From the NCBI RefSeq assembly GCF_006345805.1, contig NC_043006.1, positions 63,984,001-64,048,000 on the forward strand: a stretch of DNA of 64,000 nucleotides, in the 5' to 3' direction. The DNA is from Octopus sinensis. Lineage: Eukaryota. The first letter of the stretch is position 1; every line of letters begins with the position of its first letter. Both the position numbers and the translations under genes were made by a program. The notes below the pieces were generated by a model. That model saw only the letters and a list, made by a program, of their open reading frames with translations. It was not told the DNA's origin and ran no database searches. Below are positions 24,528 through 37,860 of the stretch, piece after piece.

Positions 24528-25001
24528 TAAATAGATATGTGTGTGTATATCTATATCCATATGTATAACTATAAAATTTATATCTATATATATGACGTGT
24601 GTATACACACACACACAGCGGTGCCCCATCTTGGCCATAGATGCTGATCGCCACATAACATTATGCGTATGCGCGTGCGAATGTATAGGAGTATGAAAAT
24701 GAAGAGCAAAATATATAAATGCTTTTGGTGAAAAAAAACCCCTCATCAGAATCGTAATTCCTAAAAAAAAATAGACACGTGTATGTGCGCGCGACTTACA
24801 AACACACACACGAACACGTTTTATACCACTATATTGATATGCTGTATGATATTTATTTATTGCACGTGTATATGCATATCTGTACGAGATCACCGGTATA
24901 AGGCAACTGCGCGCGAGTATATGTGGTTGAATAAATGAATGTATATGCTAGCAGGACTTACTGAGTTTGTGTGTGTGTGTGTGCGTGTTGTGAACGCGTT
25001 A

Positions 25002-25017
25002 GATGCCCCCTGGCGAG
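25002..25017 (-). promoter_or_regulatory. CTCF-like motif
   Basis: Minus strand CTCGCCAGGGGGCATC fits the CTCF core consensus; lies in unique CpG-containing sequence. Confidence 0.45.
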
Positions 25018-26488
25018 AATGGACTGGACTACTACATATAAATCGTAGCGGCCTGAGTAAGTGAGGGAGCTAGCGCGAGTTCCACAGTTCGTCTGTTGAT
25101 AGTTCAAAGTTGGAGTTTACAGTTCGAGTGAGCGTGTTGGATCTTATTTTTTAAAAATATTTTTCGCTCTTCACCTCCATGCCTTTTTCCTTCCCCATGA
25201 AGTAGGAGACAGCTATTCTAATGTTTTGTGTGGTTACTGCCGTCCACCCCCCCGATTATTTACGCTGTTGCACTGTATTCATTTATCCATAAGGATATAT
25301 AACAGTATGTGTACAACATACAAAATTGGAAATTAAAATCTATCGAAGTTGGAGGTCTTATTCAGACTCACACAAGACAAAAAATCCCAGTTTCATTTCA
25401 ACCTAAATTTCTTTTGACAAAAAAAGAAAAGAAAAGCAACAGCTTGGTAAAATGGGACCAATCTCTAGTCACGTTTTTGTCAGTTATAGACATGAAGTTG
25501 TTTATTTGGGAGAAAATTATATTTATATAAGACAACAGGCACCCAAGTGTTCACTGCTTACGAAGAAGATAAAAATACTTAATACATAGACTTAGTATGT
25601 TTCATTTCAAGCAGAAGTTTTCTCGATTCGTTGCGCTGTTTCACGTTGCCGTTTATTCAAACGACTGTGCGAAATGACACACACAGCATCATAACGCCAA
25701 CTTTACCATGCCTGCATGGATTGGACGCAGTTTATTGAGGCAGATTATCTACGGACGGATGCCCTTCCTAAGTGACATGTTTTCACGGAAGATTGGAAAC
25801 GGACGCTTATAAACTACTGTCACTTTCGTACAAGCAATCACGTGATGTCAAAACACGTGTGTGAGTATATATAATATATGAATACGCATCACACACACGC
25901 CGGTAGTAGATTGAAGAGCCAGCACCGATCAAACAATACCTATGATAAAAGACGTTCCAACAGTGACCATACATCATATTTTCCAAGACTGCATTATTCA
26001 ATAATTTTTTAAAGGACAATAAAATATGGATAGAGTTGACTGTTATTTCTAGCAGATAGGGCGAGAACGTACTCTTTCTTTCGTATCCAGATTCGTGTTT
26101 TTGCGTTGTAACCAACCGTGACGGTCGACTTGACTTCCCAGATAATAAAATAGGCACTAATCAGTAATTCACTCGGATTGATACAATTTTACTGCGACAA
26201 CAACTTTTGTAACAATTGCTTATGTGACGACAGAATCAGTGAGGCACAACTAAAATGACTTTATTTCCATTTCCGTGGCCTGTGCCCAGGCGAGAAATAA
26301 TGGCGGAACCGATGGAGCATAACTAAAGATATATTCTTTTAAGCTTTTGAAATCTTGATGAGGTTTATTGTGTGTTCATTTCTTTAGATACGAAAAAAAA
26401 AAAAAAATAAAGATAAAGTAATTTTAATTGCCTACAAGCAGAAAATGTGGCCCTGTGCCAATGTAATAAAATACTCGCCTGTAGGTCA

Positions 26489-26523
<35 letters not shown>

Positions 26524-27514
26524 CGTATCGGCTCTATACTGGATCGATAAAAATCGACAATAGCCACAGCGCTCAAAAACCTCGCAGAGTTGTTAGCACG
26601 CCGGGCAAAATGCTTAGCAACATATCTTACGGTTCTTTACGTTTTGAGTTTAAATCCGGCCGAGGTCGACTTTGTCTTTTCCCCCCTTTCGAGGATCGGT
26701 GACGATCGATGTAATCAACTACACATCTCTCCCGCAAAAAAAAAAAAAAAAAAAATACAGATTTAGTTGTACTAATTTCCTGCTGGCCTCGCTAGAATTT
26801 CCTAAAATTGTAGAGAGTGAGAGAGGGGGGGGGTTAATATCTCGACAAAATACCTTTATTGCCTTTTAAAAAGGAGAACAGAGTGGTGGGGTTGGATACT
26901 GTCTTAATAATCCTTTCTGGAAATTTGCAGGGAGGGGACTAGTCGATTACATCGACCCTAGTGTCTCACTAGTACTTAATTTATCGACCCCCGAAAGGAT
27001 GAAAGACAAAATCGATCTAAGCATTTCGTCCAGCGAGCTGACCAATCTGCCAGGTCGCCGCCTTAATTAGAATAATAATGATTCTTTCTGATTTTTGATA
27101 CGAGGCCAGCAATTTTGAGAGGAAGTAGAAGTCGATTCCATTCATCCAAGAGCTCAACCGGTACTCGTTTTATCGACACCGAAAGGAATCTCGTCAGAAT
27201 GTAAGTGAATTGGAAGAAATAACTACAGATCTTTTTCGACGCTTTAATACTTCCTGTTATATAATAAACTGGATGGTCACGACTGGAACATCTGTTTCAA
27301 AAACTGCTTGAGCATGAACCTATTCTACATTGGCTTAATAACGATGATAAAAAACAGAATGGCCATGGCTGGGATAAGTCCGATGATGGATTATAGGTGG
27401 CCGAAACTTCGAAGTTACTGTTAATACTATTCTTGTTAGAGAATAATAAATTTGTACTCTAATAGATACTGAGTGATCCTTCAGTTTAATGGGAAATTAT
27501 GATAAAAAAACACG

Positions 27515-27550
<36 letters not shown>

Positions 27551-27551
<1 letters not shown>

Positions 27552-27753
27552 AAGTTAATCCAAACATGAACAAAGGGAAAGCGCAACAACGCGAGGACGT
27601 GGAACAAGTATAGTGTTATTGGGCGCTCAGGAAAGGAAAGAAAGAAGGATCTAACGTTTCGAGCGGAGCTCTTCGTCAGAAACATAGAAAAAGGAAAGGT
27701 CTAAGGAAGGGAAGACGGAGAAAGAAAATCGCCAACAATATACACGCGGTCAC
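27551..27753 (-). mobile_element. Short non-autonomous element with hammerhead-like motif (Penelope-like?) in a (TA/CA)n tract
   Basis: Minus strand TTT-CTGACGA-A-GAGC-TCC-GCTC-GAAA-CGTT-AGAT at 27649-27683; flanked on both sides by microsatellite. Confidence 0.6.
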
Positions 27754-27771
27754 ACACACACACACACACAT

Positions 27772-27803
<32 letters not shown>

Positions 27804-29486
27804 CACAACGCTTAAAAAGAAAAAGCAAACCAATTTTAAACAACCAGTAAAGACACTCGTTCTTATCTAACACTTATTTATAAAAAAAAATTAGCCGTCA
27901 CCACCCCCAACTTACAAAATAGTAAAAATGCATTTTCGATCTTAGATATTTTTTTTTATCACAGGAAGATACATAACTCTCTTTCTCTCTCTCTCTCTGT
28001 CTCTCACACATACACAGCTGAGACCGAACTCTTGTTAGTTTAAATTCGGTCAGCAATAAAACTATGTTCACACATGTCTGCCGTATGCAGTGGTGAGGGT
28101 ATGTGTGTGTGTGTGTGTGCATATGTTACATTACTCTTACTCTAGTATGTAAGATACGATCGAGGTAGAAGGGGGTAAGGGTGTTCCCTCGATCTGCAGT
28201 AGCAGCAGTGACGACAAACAATAACGACTACAAAATAGAGGCTTCTGTCGACGAGCTTAAAACCTCGCTCATGTATATTAATGCACGCGCACATTATATG
28301 TACTTGACTAAAGCACGGACATAATTTTTTTTAAAAACTGCTACCATAGTAGTAATAATGATATTTTTGTTGCTTTTTTATTACCGGCCATAAAATCCCA
28401 AGTTGTTGGGAACAGTTACGAGTACAAAATACAAAAATTCATAATAGTCAAAGGAGTATTTGTCGATTAAATCGACTTGAGTATTTATTTATTACACACA
28501 CACACACACACACTTACAAAGAAAGTAAGAGAGAGAGAGGGGGGGGGCGCAACAGTAGTGAACAGCACAGCAAAGACTCGACTTTGATATATCTCCTCTT
28601 CGATATGACACTGTTGGTTTACATTGTTTCAATACAGTTAGAAAACAAACGAATTATTTAATAAAATAACTTCGTTATTAAGATGGTGTTTGAAACATTA
28701 AATTGAAATTTTGGAGGAAGATTTTTTAATTTAGACAATTTTAAAAGAGGAAGTTTGTATCGTGCAACCGACTGGTACAAATTCAATCTGGCACAAAGCC
28801 ACATTAAATCAATCTCAATACTTCACTGGTACTATAATTTCATCGACTTTGAAGGGGTGAAGAGTGAAGTTGACTTTGGTGAGATTTAAACCACTAGGCT
28901 GGACAGGAGATTCGACGCCGAAAAAATGAAAAGCAAAATTGAACTTAAACGCAGTGACAGAAGAAATATCACAACACATTTAGTCCGACCTCCTAATGAT
29001 AAACTTTTCTAACAGACAAACAAAATCCAGGGCAAATCTCAGTAAATTACTGGTATTTATTTTACAAACCCCAGGAAAGGTGACAAGTATAGAAAGATTT
29101 GATCTCCGAACACTAAGGGACGTAACTCAATAAAAGTCATTTGCATCAGTATTATTTTCTTTGGCGGCAGAAGAAAATTTTTTTTGTTCTCTACGGTCAG
29201 CTGGAGTGATTTGGAGGGGGGATGCGACTAACCAATTAGTTATAAATTCTATCATTTTTGTATGTAAAATGCCCTAACTCAACGCATCCGACTTCTTAAC
29301 CAAATACCTACATTGATTATTACAAGAATTGTCGTTATCAGACATTTCTATTCTTTAAATAATCGAAAATGACTTCGACCCGAAACTACGTTCAAAACTG
29401 GATCCGGTATCAAACTAGAGTCCAGAAAAAAAAAATCTTTTAACCGCCTATAATGGTTAGCGAACTAATCTCTTTCCCCAAATTAT

Positions 29487-29832
29487 TATTACCCCCCGCC
29501 TTCGCTAAGGCGTAGGTATTGTTTTCAGTCGTGTTTGTTTGTTTGTTTGCCTGTGGACAAGATATCTCAAGAACCGCTGGATAGATTCGGATGAAACTTT
29601 CATGGATGTTTGGCCTCGTGACTGGTACGAACTGATTAGATTTTAGGATCAATCCGGTACCAGACAGAGATTCTGGATTGAGAGCGGTTGGATTCATGTT
29701 TAGTATTCTCATTTGTGAGAGTAGTCGAGTTTTATTTCAGATATTCTCATTTTAAAAATCATTTCTGGCTAATCGTTGAGAGGACGTTGGTGTTGCCTTG
29801 GCGGAGGTTTGCGCTTTCTGATTGCTCTTGCT
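29487..29832 (+). mobile_element. Helentron-associated (HINE/DINE-1-like) non-autonomous element
   Basis: 5' TTACCCCCGCCTT sub-TIR, (GTTT)n tract, 3' CCTTGGCGGAGGT sub-TIR and terminal stem-loop; second copy at 50.7 kb. Confidence 0.65.
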
Positions 29833-30689
29833 ATTATTATTATTATCATTATTATTATTATTATTAAGGCGGCGAGGAATTGTTAGAACATATTGTAGAA
29901 TTACTTTCGACTGATTTCCGGTCTAACGAGGAAATGTATACAAAAAAAAAAACGCTCTTTAAGAATGATCCTAGGTGAAAGTGATAATTGTCCTTTTATG
30001 TTTACCTGTTTTCTCTCTCTGAGTTAGTTCAAATTCTGCTGACATCAACTTTGCTTATCTTTTTGGGGTCAATAAAATTAGTACCAGCCAAGAACTGGCG
30101 TCAATGTATTTCGACTTGCCCTCCTCCTTCCAAAATTAGAAAGAATTATTATTTATGTCCTTATCAAGTACATTAATTTAAAGCTCTCTCCGGTGAAGGT
30201 ATCTGCACAATATGTGGTACTAGAACCATGACACTGAAGCAAGCGCTAAGCAGACTAGTTTAACATTAAAACAAATTTTTTTATAGGGAACTCTGTTTTA
30301 AGAAGCTTGATATGAATGGAGGAATGGATCCAAAGCTAAATGTATCGAGATATTATATCTTTGTTTCTAATTCAGACTCGTATAAAGAAAATACAGTCTG
30401 TTATTGTTTTCAACTCAATCCACCATTTTAACTGAATAAATTCCTTTATGCCTTCGCCTGAAAGCTCCAAATGATTTACTTTCTTATCGAATACTTTAGT
30501 TCTTGATAGTAAACCTATCTTAACAAAAGCACCTTTCACTAAACAGAAAAAAAAGAAGATATCCAACACCGTCTGACGAGGGAATGTATACAGAAGATGC
30601 TTTTTATGAATGATCCTGGGTGAAAGTGATAGTTGTCCATTTATGTTTATCTGATCTCTCTCTCTCTCTCATTTTGAGATATGAAGACA

Positions 30690-30883
30690 AATTCTTCCTC
30701 TGCCAACCGACCGGCAGGAGATCTGAGAGTAGACCAAGAGCGAGATGGTTGGACAATATTTAGAGTTGTTCGCGCTTGGGAATCCAGCAGGAACGTGTAC
30801 TGAAGGTTCCCTCCGATAGGGGTCATACGGAGGAGATACCTGATCCTACTAGAAATAGAGGGCAGAAAAATGGATGGATGGAT
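30690..30883 (+). mobile_element. RTE LINE 3' end fragment
   Basis: TGRRSESRPRARWLDNI (GRPxxRW motif) followed by a (GGAT)n tail. Confidence 0.7.
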
Positions 30884-31611
30884 TTGGCGGAAAGGCGGTG
30901 GTCATAATCCTTTACTCCGTGACGAGTGGCAAGTAACTTTCCTCAAACTCGAGACCTTGTCTAAATGCTTGCAACAGACGGGAATCTAATAAAGGCACCG
31001 AAGGTGCAAGATGGTGCCGTTAAAACCGAGCAATGGATTAAATATACCAACCACACGGGCTATTTGAACTCAGAACTAAAAAATGGGAACGAATACTGGT
31101 AGACATCCGGTCCGACATTCTTACAACGCCACCAATCCAACACCACGAGTGTTAACCTTTCTCTTACCCCCAAGAGGATGAAAGGTTGGATTGAGCTCAG
31201 TAAGCAGATAGTGGAAACAATTACAGCGAGGCATTTCATTCGGCACTCAACAGATTGCAAATTTGCGGTCTTTTTCATAAAGGTGCTACGTAAAATAACT
31301 TTCGTATGGTCTAAATACAACCCAGCACAGTATTTAACTTGTATTGTTGTGAGCTCAACCCAATTACGTTAATCAAGAGTTTCTAATAACTGTCTGGGTT
31401 TTCTGTTTCCTCTTCGCTGCGAGAAATCGAGAGGTGGTTTCTAATACAGGCGCAAGACCAGAGATTGAAAGCCAATTGATATTGATCCCAGCACCAGATT
31501 GGCACTTAAATTTTTATATTTTACCTTATAAAAGCAAAAAGAAAACGCCACAAAATTCTACATTTTCTATTAAATGTCTTACTTCATCTAAGAGGATATA
31601 TATATATATCA

Positions 31612-31823
31612 CATGGTTGGCCAAAGTCAACCGACAGTTAATAAAAATTCCATAAATACTCAATTTTATTTAATCATTCCAATTATGAATGTTTGATTTA
31701 AAAATCACTATTTTTTTTTCAACATTTGTCTTTTTATTTGCGAAATCTCATAAAATAATTTCTTGTTTTAATTTTGGAATTAAATGCGGTTGGCCAGAAG
31801 TCAGGTGACTTTTGGCCAACCCT
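31612..31823. mobile_element. Tc1/mariner-type MITE
   Basis: Inverted ends CATGGTTGGCCAAAGTCAACCGAC / GTCAGGTGACTTTGGCCAACCCTG, AT-rich interior, in TA/TG repeats. Confidence 0.75.
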
Positions 31824-32166
31824 GTGTGTGTCTGTGTATACATATATATATATATATATATAATTAACCCACGGAATTCCAAACGGCCGTAGAGTTTGGT
31901 GCTCGAGTTACATCCCTTTACGCCCAAACGTTAAATCTATTGACTGATACTGAAAGTCGGTCACACCCAAAAAAACTCCCCCAACAGAATTAGCTAACTG
32001 TAACGCAGAAAAAAAATTCTTCCGCCGACTGTCAAAGAAATATAGCAAGTTGACTTCGTTGACTTGAATACTTAAATTTGACATAAGAAAAATACTTTTT
32101 CTTTTCTTTTTCTCGGAGTTACGGAATTGTAATGAATTACTTAAAAGTTACAGTAAAAGACTGGTA

Positions 32167-32414
32167 CAGACATACCTCAACTTACGTCGTTTCTTTTTTC
32201 TAAAGAAATAATTGGTAAAAAAATAAACCTCAACTTCAGTCGATTTATCAAATCTACGTCGGTCTCAGCAAGCATTTTTTTTTTTAAATAAGTATTTAAT
32301 AATCAAAATTACATGTGAAAATGTGTAAATAGAAAAATGATTTTTCGTGTTACGTCGTTTCTCGAGTTAAGTAACGATTTGGAGCTAATGACCGACTTTG
32401 TTGAGGCGTGCCTG
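32167..32414. mobile_element. Degenerate pogo/Tigger-like MITE
   Basis: TA-CAGACATACCTCAACTTACGTCG ... CGACTTTGTTGAGGCGTGCCTG imperfect TIRs resembling Tigger CAGGCATACCTC ends. Confidence 0.55.
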
Positions 32415-33039
32415 TTTTTATTTCATAAGATCCACAAGGGGATGGAGGGTGAGAGGGCAGAGAAAATCGATTCCCAACACAATTTGATCTCAGTAAAGAC
32501 CTGAATTCATTTCGTGTGACACATTAAGTATGCCATTCAACGTTTGTTTTTGTTTTTTATTTCCACCCCGACCCCAATCACACAGAATGCAACATCGATT
32601 GAGACGGGCCGGTAAGTTAGTACATGTAAGTTCCTATGCTGGAGCACAGCCTGCTAGAAATAACAAACAGATCTCCCTCAAATCGCACCCTAACTGTCAT
32701 TAAAAATGATGATAATAATAATAATAATGTTGCACAGTGTAAGTTCTCGAAACTCATGTCTCGAGAATATATATACGGAATAGTCACGACTAAAACGCCC
32801 TTAAAGTTTATACTGTGCACATTGTAGATGTTGTGCCACGCGCATCAACCAAAACAATAGGTTTATTAGCTCGCCTAGCTAGAAATAGCAGCCAAATCTC
32901 TTTCAGATCACATCCATCATTATGAAAGGGGAAAAAAAAGAGACATTGAATAAAGTAGTCCTGGATATGCAATGCCACAATGAAAGACAAGATAGTAGTC
33001 ATGGCTGTACTGTTTCAATCCAAAAATTATATATATATA

Positions 33040-33171
33040 TATATTAATCGAAGCATACACCATAATATATATCCATTACTACCGATCTTACCAATCGCTT
33101 TGGCGCTAGGAGAAGCGATTGGTAAGATTGGCAGTAATGGATATATAATACTATACACTTCGATTAATATA
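33040..33171. repeat. Long hairpin / palindromic MITE-like element
   Basis: Arms ATATTAATCGAAG...TCCATTACTACCGATCTTACCAATCGCTT and AAGCGATTGGTAAGATTGGCAGTAATGGA...CTTCGATTAATAT around a ~12-nt loop. Confidence 0.9.
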
Positions 33172-33679
33172 CACACACTATCGATAGATATACAAGTACA
33201 TTTTTCCTGACTTATGGACTCTTAGACAACTCTCTCTCTCTCACACACACACACACAAACACAAATGTATGTGTATACATTCACTCGGAGCTGAGCTGGG
33301 TGTGGGACAAAACATTGACTAATTTTTTGACAACACACATACACAGAATTATTAGTATAACCTATTTAGGTTATGCTAAATAGAACAAACATTTTATTTA
33401 TCTCTATCTTGTTTCGTTAAATTGTGTATGGGACGCAAAATTTAATGACTGCCAACTACAATGCCCTAAATGTGGTAATCGCTAATGAAGGTACAAAACT
33501 AGAAATTTGAGCTGATTGGAAAGAAGTTTCGATTGTACTGATCCAAATAACTGAATGGAACTATTTTATCGGCACTAGGAAAAGTGAATGGTAAAGTTAA
33601 CTCTGACAGGAAGTGAACTCAGATCGCACAAGGGCGTAACTAAATTACTACAAGGCACATCGATACTGAAAATTTAACA

Positions 33680-34530
33680 TAGATACAAAGCTTGCAATTT
33701 TGCGGGGAGAAATAAGTCGACCCCCCACTCCCCCAGTTATCAACTGGTACTTATTTCGGTGTCCCCGAAATACTGAAAGGCAAAGCTGACCTCGGCGGAA
33801 TTTGAAGTCTGAACGTAAAGGTGGGACGAAATGCCACTAAGCATTTTCTCCGCCGTGCTAACGATTCTTGTTTCTTTATTGCCCACAAGGGGCTTAACAC
33901 AGAGAGGACAAACAGGGACAGACAAACGGATTAAGTCGATTGCATCGACCCCAGTGAGTAACTGGTACTTAATTTGTCGACCCCGAAAGGATGAAAGGCA
34001 AAGTCGACCTCGGCGGAATTTGAACTCACAACGTAACGGCAGACGAAATACCGCTAAGCATTTCGCCCGGCGTGCTAACGTTTCTGCCAGCTCGCCACCA
34101 TAACAAGAACAATAATAACGATGATGATGATTTGAAATTTTTTCACAGGACCATCAATTTCAAGAGAAGAGGTGGGTCGATTACATCGACCCCAGTGATC
34201 AACTGGTACTTTTTATCGACCCCGAATGGACGAAAAGCAAAGTCGATTACAACAACCCCAGTACTTAACTGGTACTTTATTTTATCGATCCCCAAAACAA
34301 CGACAAAAAAACAAAAACAAATGTTTCTAATTAAGGCAAAAGACCAACACTTGTGAGGGGATGAGGTAAATCAATAACTTTGACTCTAGTACTTGATTGG
34401 TACTTTGTTATCGATCCCAGCCAGGGAGGAAATGAAAGACAAAGCTATCTTCAATGGAATTCGAACCCAGAACGTAAGGAGCCGGAAGAAATGCCGCAAA
34501 GCAATTGTTTCAGACGCTCTAACGATTCTG
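33680..34530 (-). mobile_element. Tandem/nested family B SINEs; young copy at ~33868-34098
   Basis: Reverse complement of the 10381 element, repeated head-to-tail. Confidence 0.85.
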
Positions 34531-37500
34531 CCACTAACACTGGATCTGATGTTAATAAATTTAATCTACATACAAAAAAATACCGAAGCTAACATTCATA
34601 TTACTTCGTAGCTGTTGTATGAAGTCTTCAAATTAACATCTACAACACATACACTAACAACTCTAGTGTGTTTATCTATTACAGCATTATCCATCATACG
34701 CCGAAAACAGGGTTTTGGGATCAATTTCTATCATAAAACACTGGTAGTACAAGCTAAACAACTGATTCTTTTCTCTAATTAAGCCATGGCTTTAACTACG
34801 GTTAGACTTCGGTTAAACAATAAAAACACAACAAAAAAAACGCAAGCTGAAAGACTAAACAATGCGATTGAGGTATGACGCTTCAAGACCTATTATGAGG
34901 GCAATATAAAGTAATATAAACAAATTTTAACAAAAAGCTAACAAATAAAGTAACTACAACCCCTAAATCTCTGACGATTTGGGTTCAAATTTAGATTGCA
35001 CCCATTAGGATAATGATGACTAGTATAATCAGTACAGACCACATATTCTGGAATGGAGCGTAGTTGCCTAAGTCCTACCCTAGTATATGAATGGTATTTT
35101 TAATTTTATCGGCCTGAGAAGAATCTAAAGCAAAGCAACACCGGTACTATTTGAATTCAGAGTGTAAAGAAACAACTAAATATAGCTAGGCAGGCGAACA
35201 TTTTAACGATGTCAACTTAACCAGCAGAAGACCACAGAAATAAGAGATCGGAGTAGCCGATTGCTTACACCGGCACAAAAGTTATAAGATCCTTGTGGAT
35301 TAAAACCAACATCAGCATATAATAGATAGGACAGGGGTCTATTTTACAAGTCCACAATAAACAGTAGACGTAGGGCTTTATATTTTTTTTTCTTTTCTCC
35401 TTCCACTACACAAACACTGAAACTTGAACTCCTGTGCTCCAGTGTTTGCCAACTATATATTATATATATAAATATATGGATCTGCAGATATGTGTTTGTG
35501 CGCGCGCACATACACACATGCTATTTCGATTTTACTATTGACAACCCCACGTGGCGTCAAGTAGAGAATTACAAACACAAATATTGATGCCCTGGATCCA
35601 AAACTACCAACGATACCCTCCACATAAACATAGGCGCGTAGACACACAGCTATGTAAATGTATGTGCAAGCGTATCTTTAAGTGAATGTGCGTGTGTGTG
35701 TGTTTATATATATATATATAAACGCGCTCGTTTATGTATACACACGCGATACAAAGAGACTTAAGTTAGTTTTTTTTTTTTCATAATAATAATAATTGAT
35801 TTCCACTCCTGTCCTCGATGGTATCATAAAGCCGAACATCGTGTATGTATCTCAATATAAATGAAATGTCGGTCGTTCAAAAAAGAAGAGTCCCTGTTCA
35901 AGTAGTATGTAAAAAAAAGAAAAAGGCCAGCCCCACTCCCGAAAAATAATCTATCAATATCTATTTATCCCTTTATATCCATGTATAATTACAAACATAG
36001 TTTATACATACATATATATATGTATATATATTCAAAGTGCATGGCGGGGTGAAGTTGTGCAACGAGAAAAAAATATATATATATATTCAGAAACAATACA
36101 TACCAAACAGACGACCATTTAAAAAGGCTACACTCTTCTTAGTCGCTATATAAACATATCTATACAAGGTGAATATGTGGTTGTAAGGGCTTCGCTTGAT
36201 TTGTAGTAAAAAGTAATATATTTATAAGTATTATTGTGTCAGGTCAAACTAGCATGCTTTATATCTTCTATAATATCATGAGTGGAGGGGTGATCCGGAA
36301 GTGACCTTCACGGTAAAGGAAGTTATTGCTAGCGACTGTTCTTGAAAAAATTTTCAGAAAGAAAACTTAATATAGGCAACGAATAAACAGAAGAAAACAA
36401 TTTTTTAATAGCATTGACTTCGCAAAAACATAATATTTATTTAGAATTATCGATAAAAAAGAAATCTTTAAAATAGATTAATAATGGACCTTTTTAACGA
36501 TTAGGAGGAAGTTACTTTGAAATATTTCAGGAGTAAATAAAACAGAAAAGCTTCGCAGCGAATAAGATGAAATAAAGAATTGGATGAAAATAGGTGAATG
36601 GTCGCAAGTTTGGCAGCTCCACATATCTTCGGATAAGTCCTGGGGAGATACGTTACAAATGTACTCTCTCCTATTTACTATTAGCTTTTCTTCAATTCAT
36701 TAATTCTATTTTATTTTGCACTCTAGCAATAATAATAATAGAAATAGTAATCGCTTCTTTTAAAGATCTTTATTAAATTGAGACAAAAAAAATTATAAAC
36801 TGAAAGCTTATGTTCATGTGCTTATTTTACCCATTTTGACAACAAATAAGAGTTTTTAATTAAGTTCAAATCCACCAATACTGAAGGGAGTGGGTAACTC
36901 AATGACATTAACCACAACACTTGATCGATAATGTATTTTATCGACCCCCAAAAGAGATGAAGTTTATCTCGGCGAAATTTGAACTCAGAATGTACGCTGT
37001 TTTAATAAAGATAAAATATGCCTCTTAATATCAAATCGTTACCAACCAACACAATTCAGTGGGGTGATCCATTGTATTATATTTCAAACGATTATATAAA
37101 GCTTTATTGATCAACAGAAATCCAGTCAGTCGACTTAATAATACTGACTCATTCACACAGACGTCGTCTTCTACTGCTACTACTATTACTATATGACCTC
37201 TTCATGGTCGCTCGACATGCTCAAAATAGTAACCATGTGTCTCCCTCGGATACAGAAAAAGATGAAACGGTTTGGCTTGGAACGCTTTCGATCACAGGTT
37301 TGTTTGCTCAGAGGCGACTTGGAGTGAACAAATACAAAGCAGCCAAATAATGAAGGCCAAGGCGAGAGCCTGTACGTGGTTACTTGACCTGCTAAAAACA
37401 GCAGCCAAACTTTCACTAAGACTACTTACTGTCAAGAGGGGGTAAAAAGTGACGTGCCTATTATATGTAAAAGTTGGTTTACTCTGTCAGAGCTGACAAT

Positions 37501-37609
37501 CTGTCAATAGTAGTCAGGCCTTTTACGGCAAAAATATGTGAAAAGGAGGGTTGGCTTGTTTTGGTTTGTAAAAAGCGTTGACTGTGATTGCAAAGATATT
37601 AGTAACTCT

Positions 37610-37860
37610 ACATATACACACACATTTACACATACATGCACGTATATTTATATACCTATGTATAATATTTGTACATTATATGTATGTATATATATATGTG
37701 TATGTATGTATATATATATATATAAAATATATGTGTATATATGTATAATATATACACGTATCTGCACAATATATATGTGTGTGTGTGTGTATTTGTATAA
37801 TATATATATATAAATGTGTGTGTGTGTATATATATATATACACGTATACGCGCGCGCTTC
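37610..37860. repeat. Compound (TA)/(TG) microsatellite
   Basis: Direct reading; source of spurious Y/I/H/T-rich ORFs. Confidence 0.95.
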
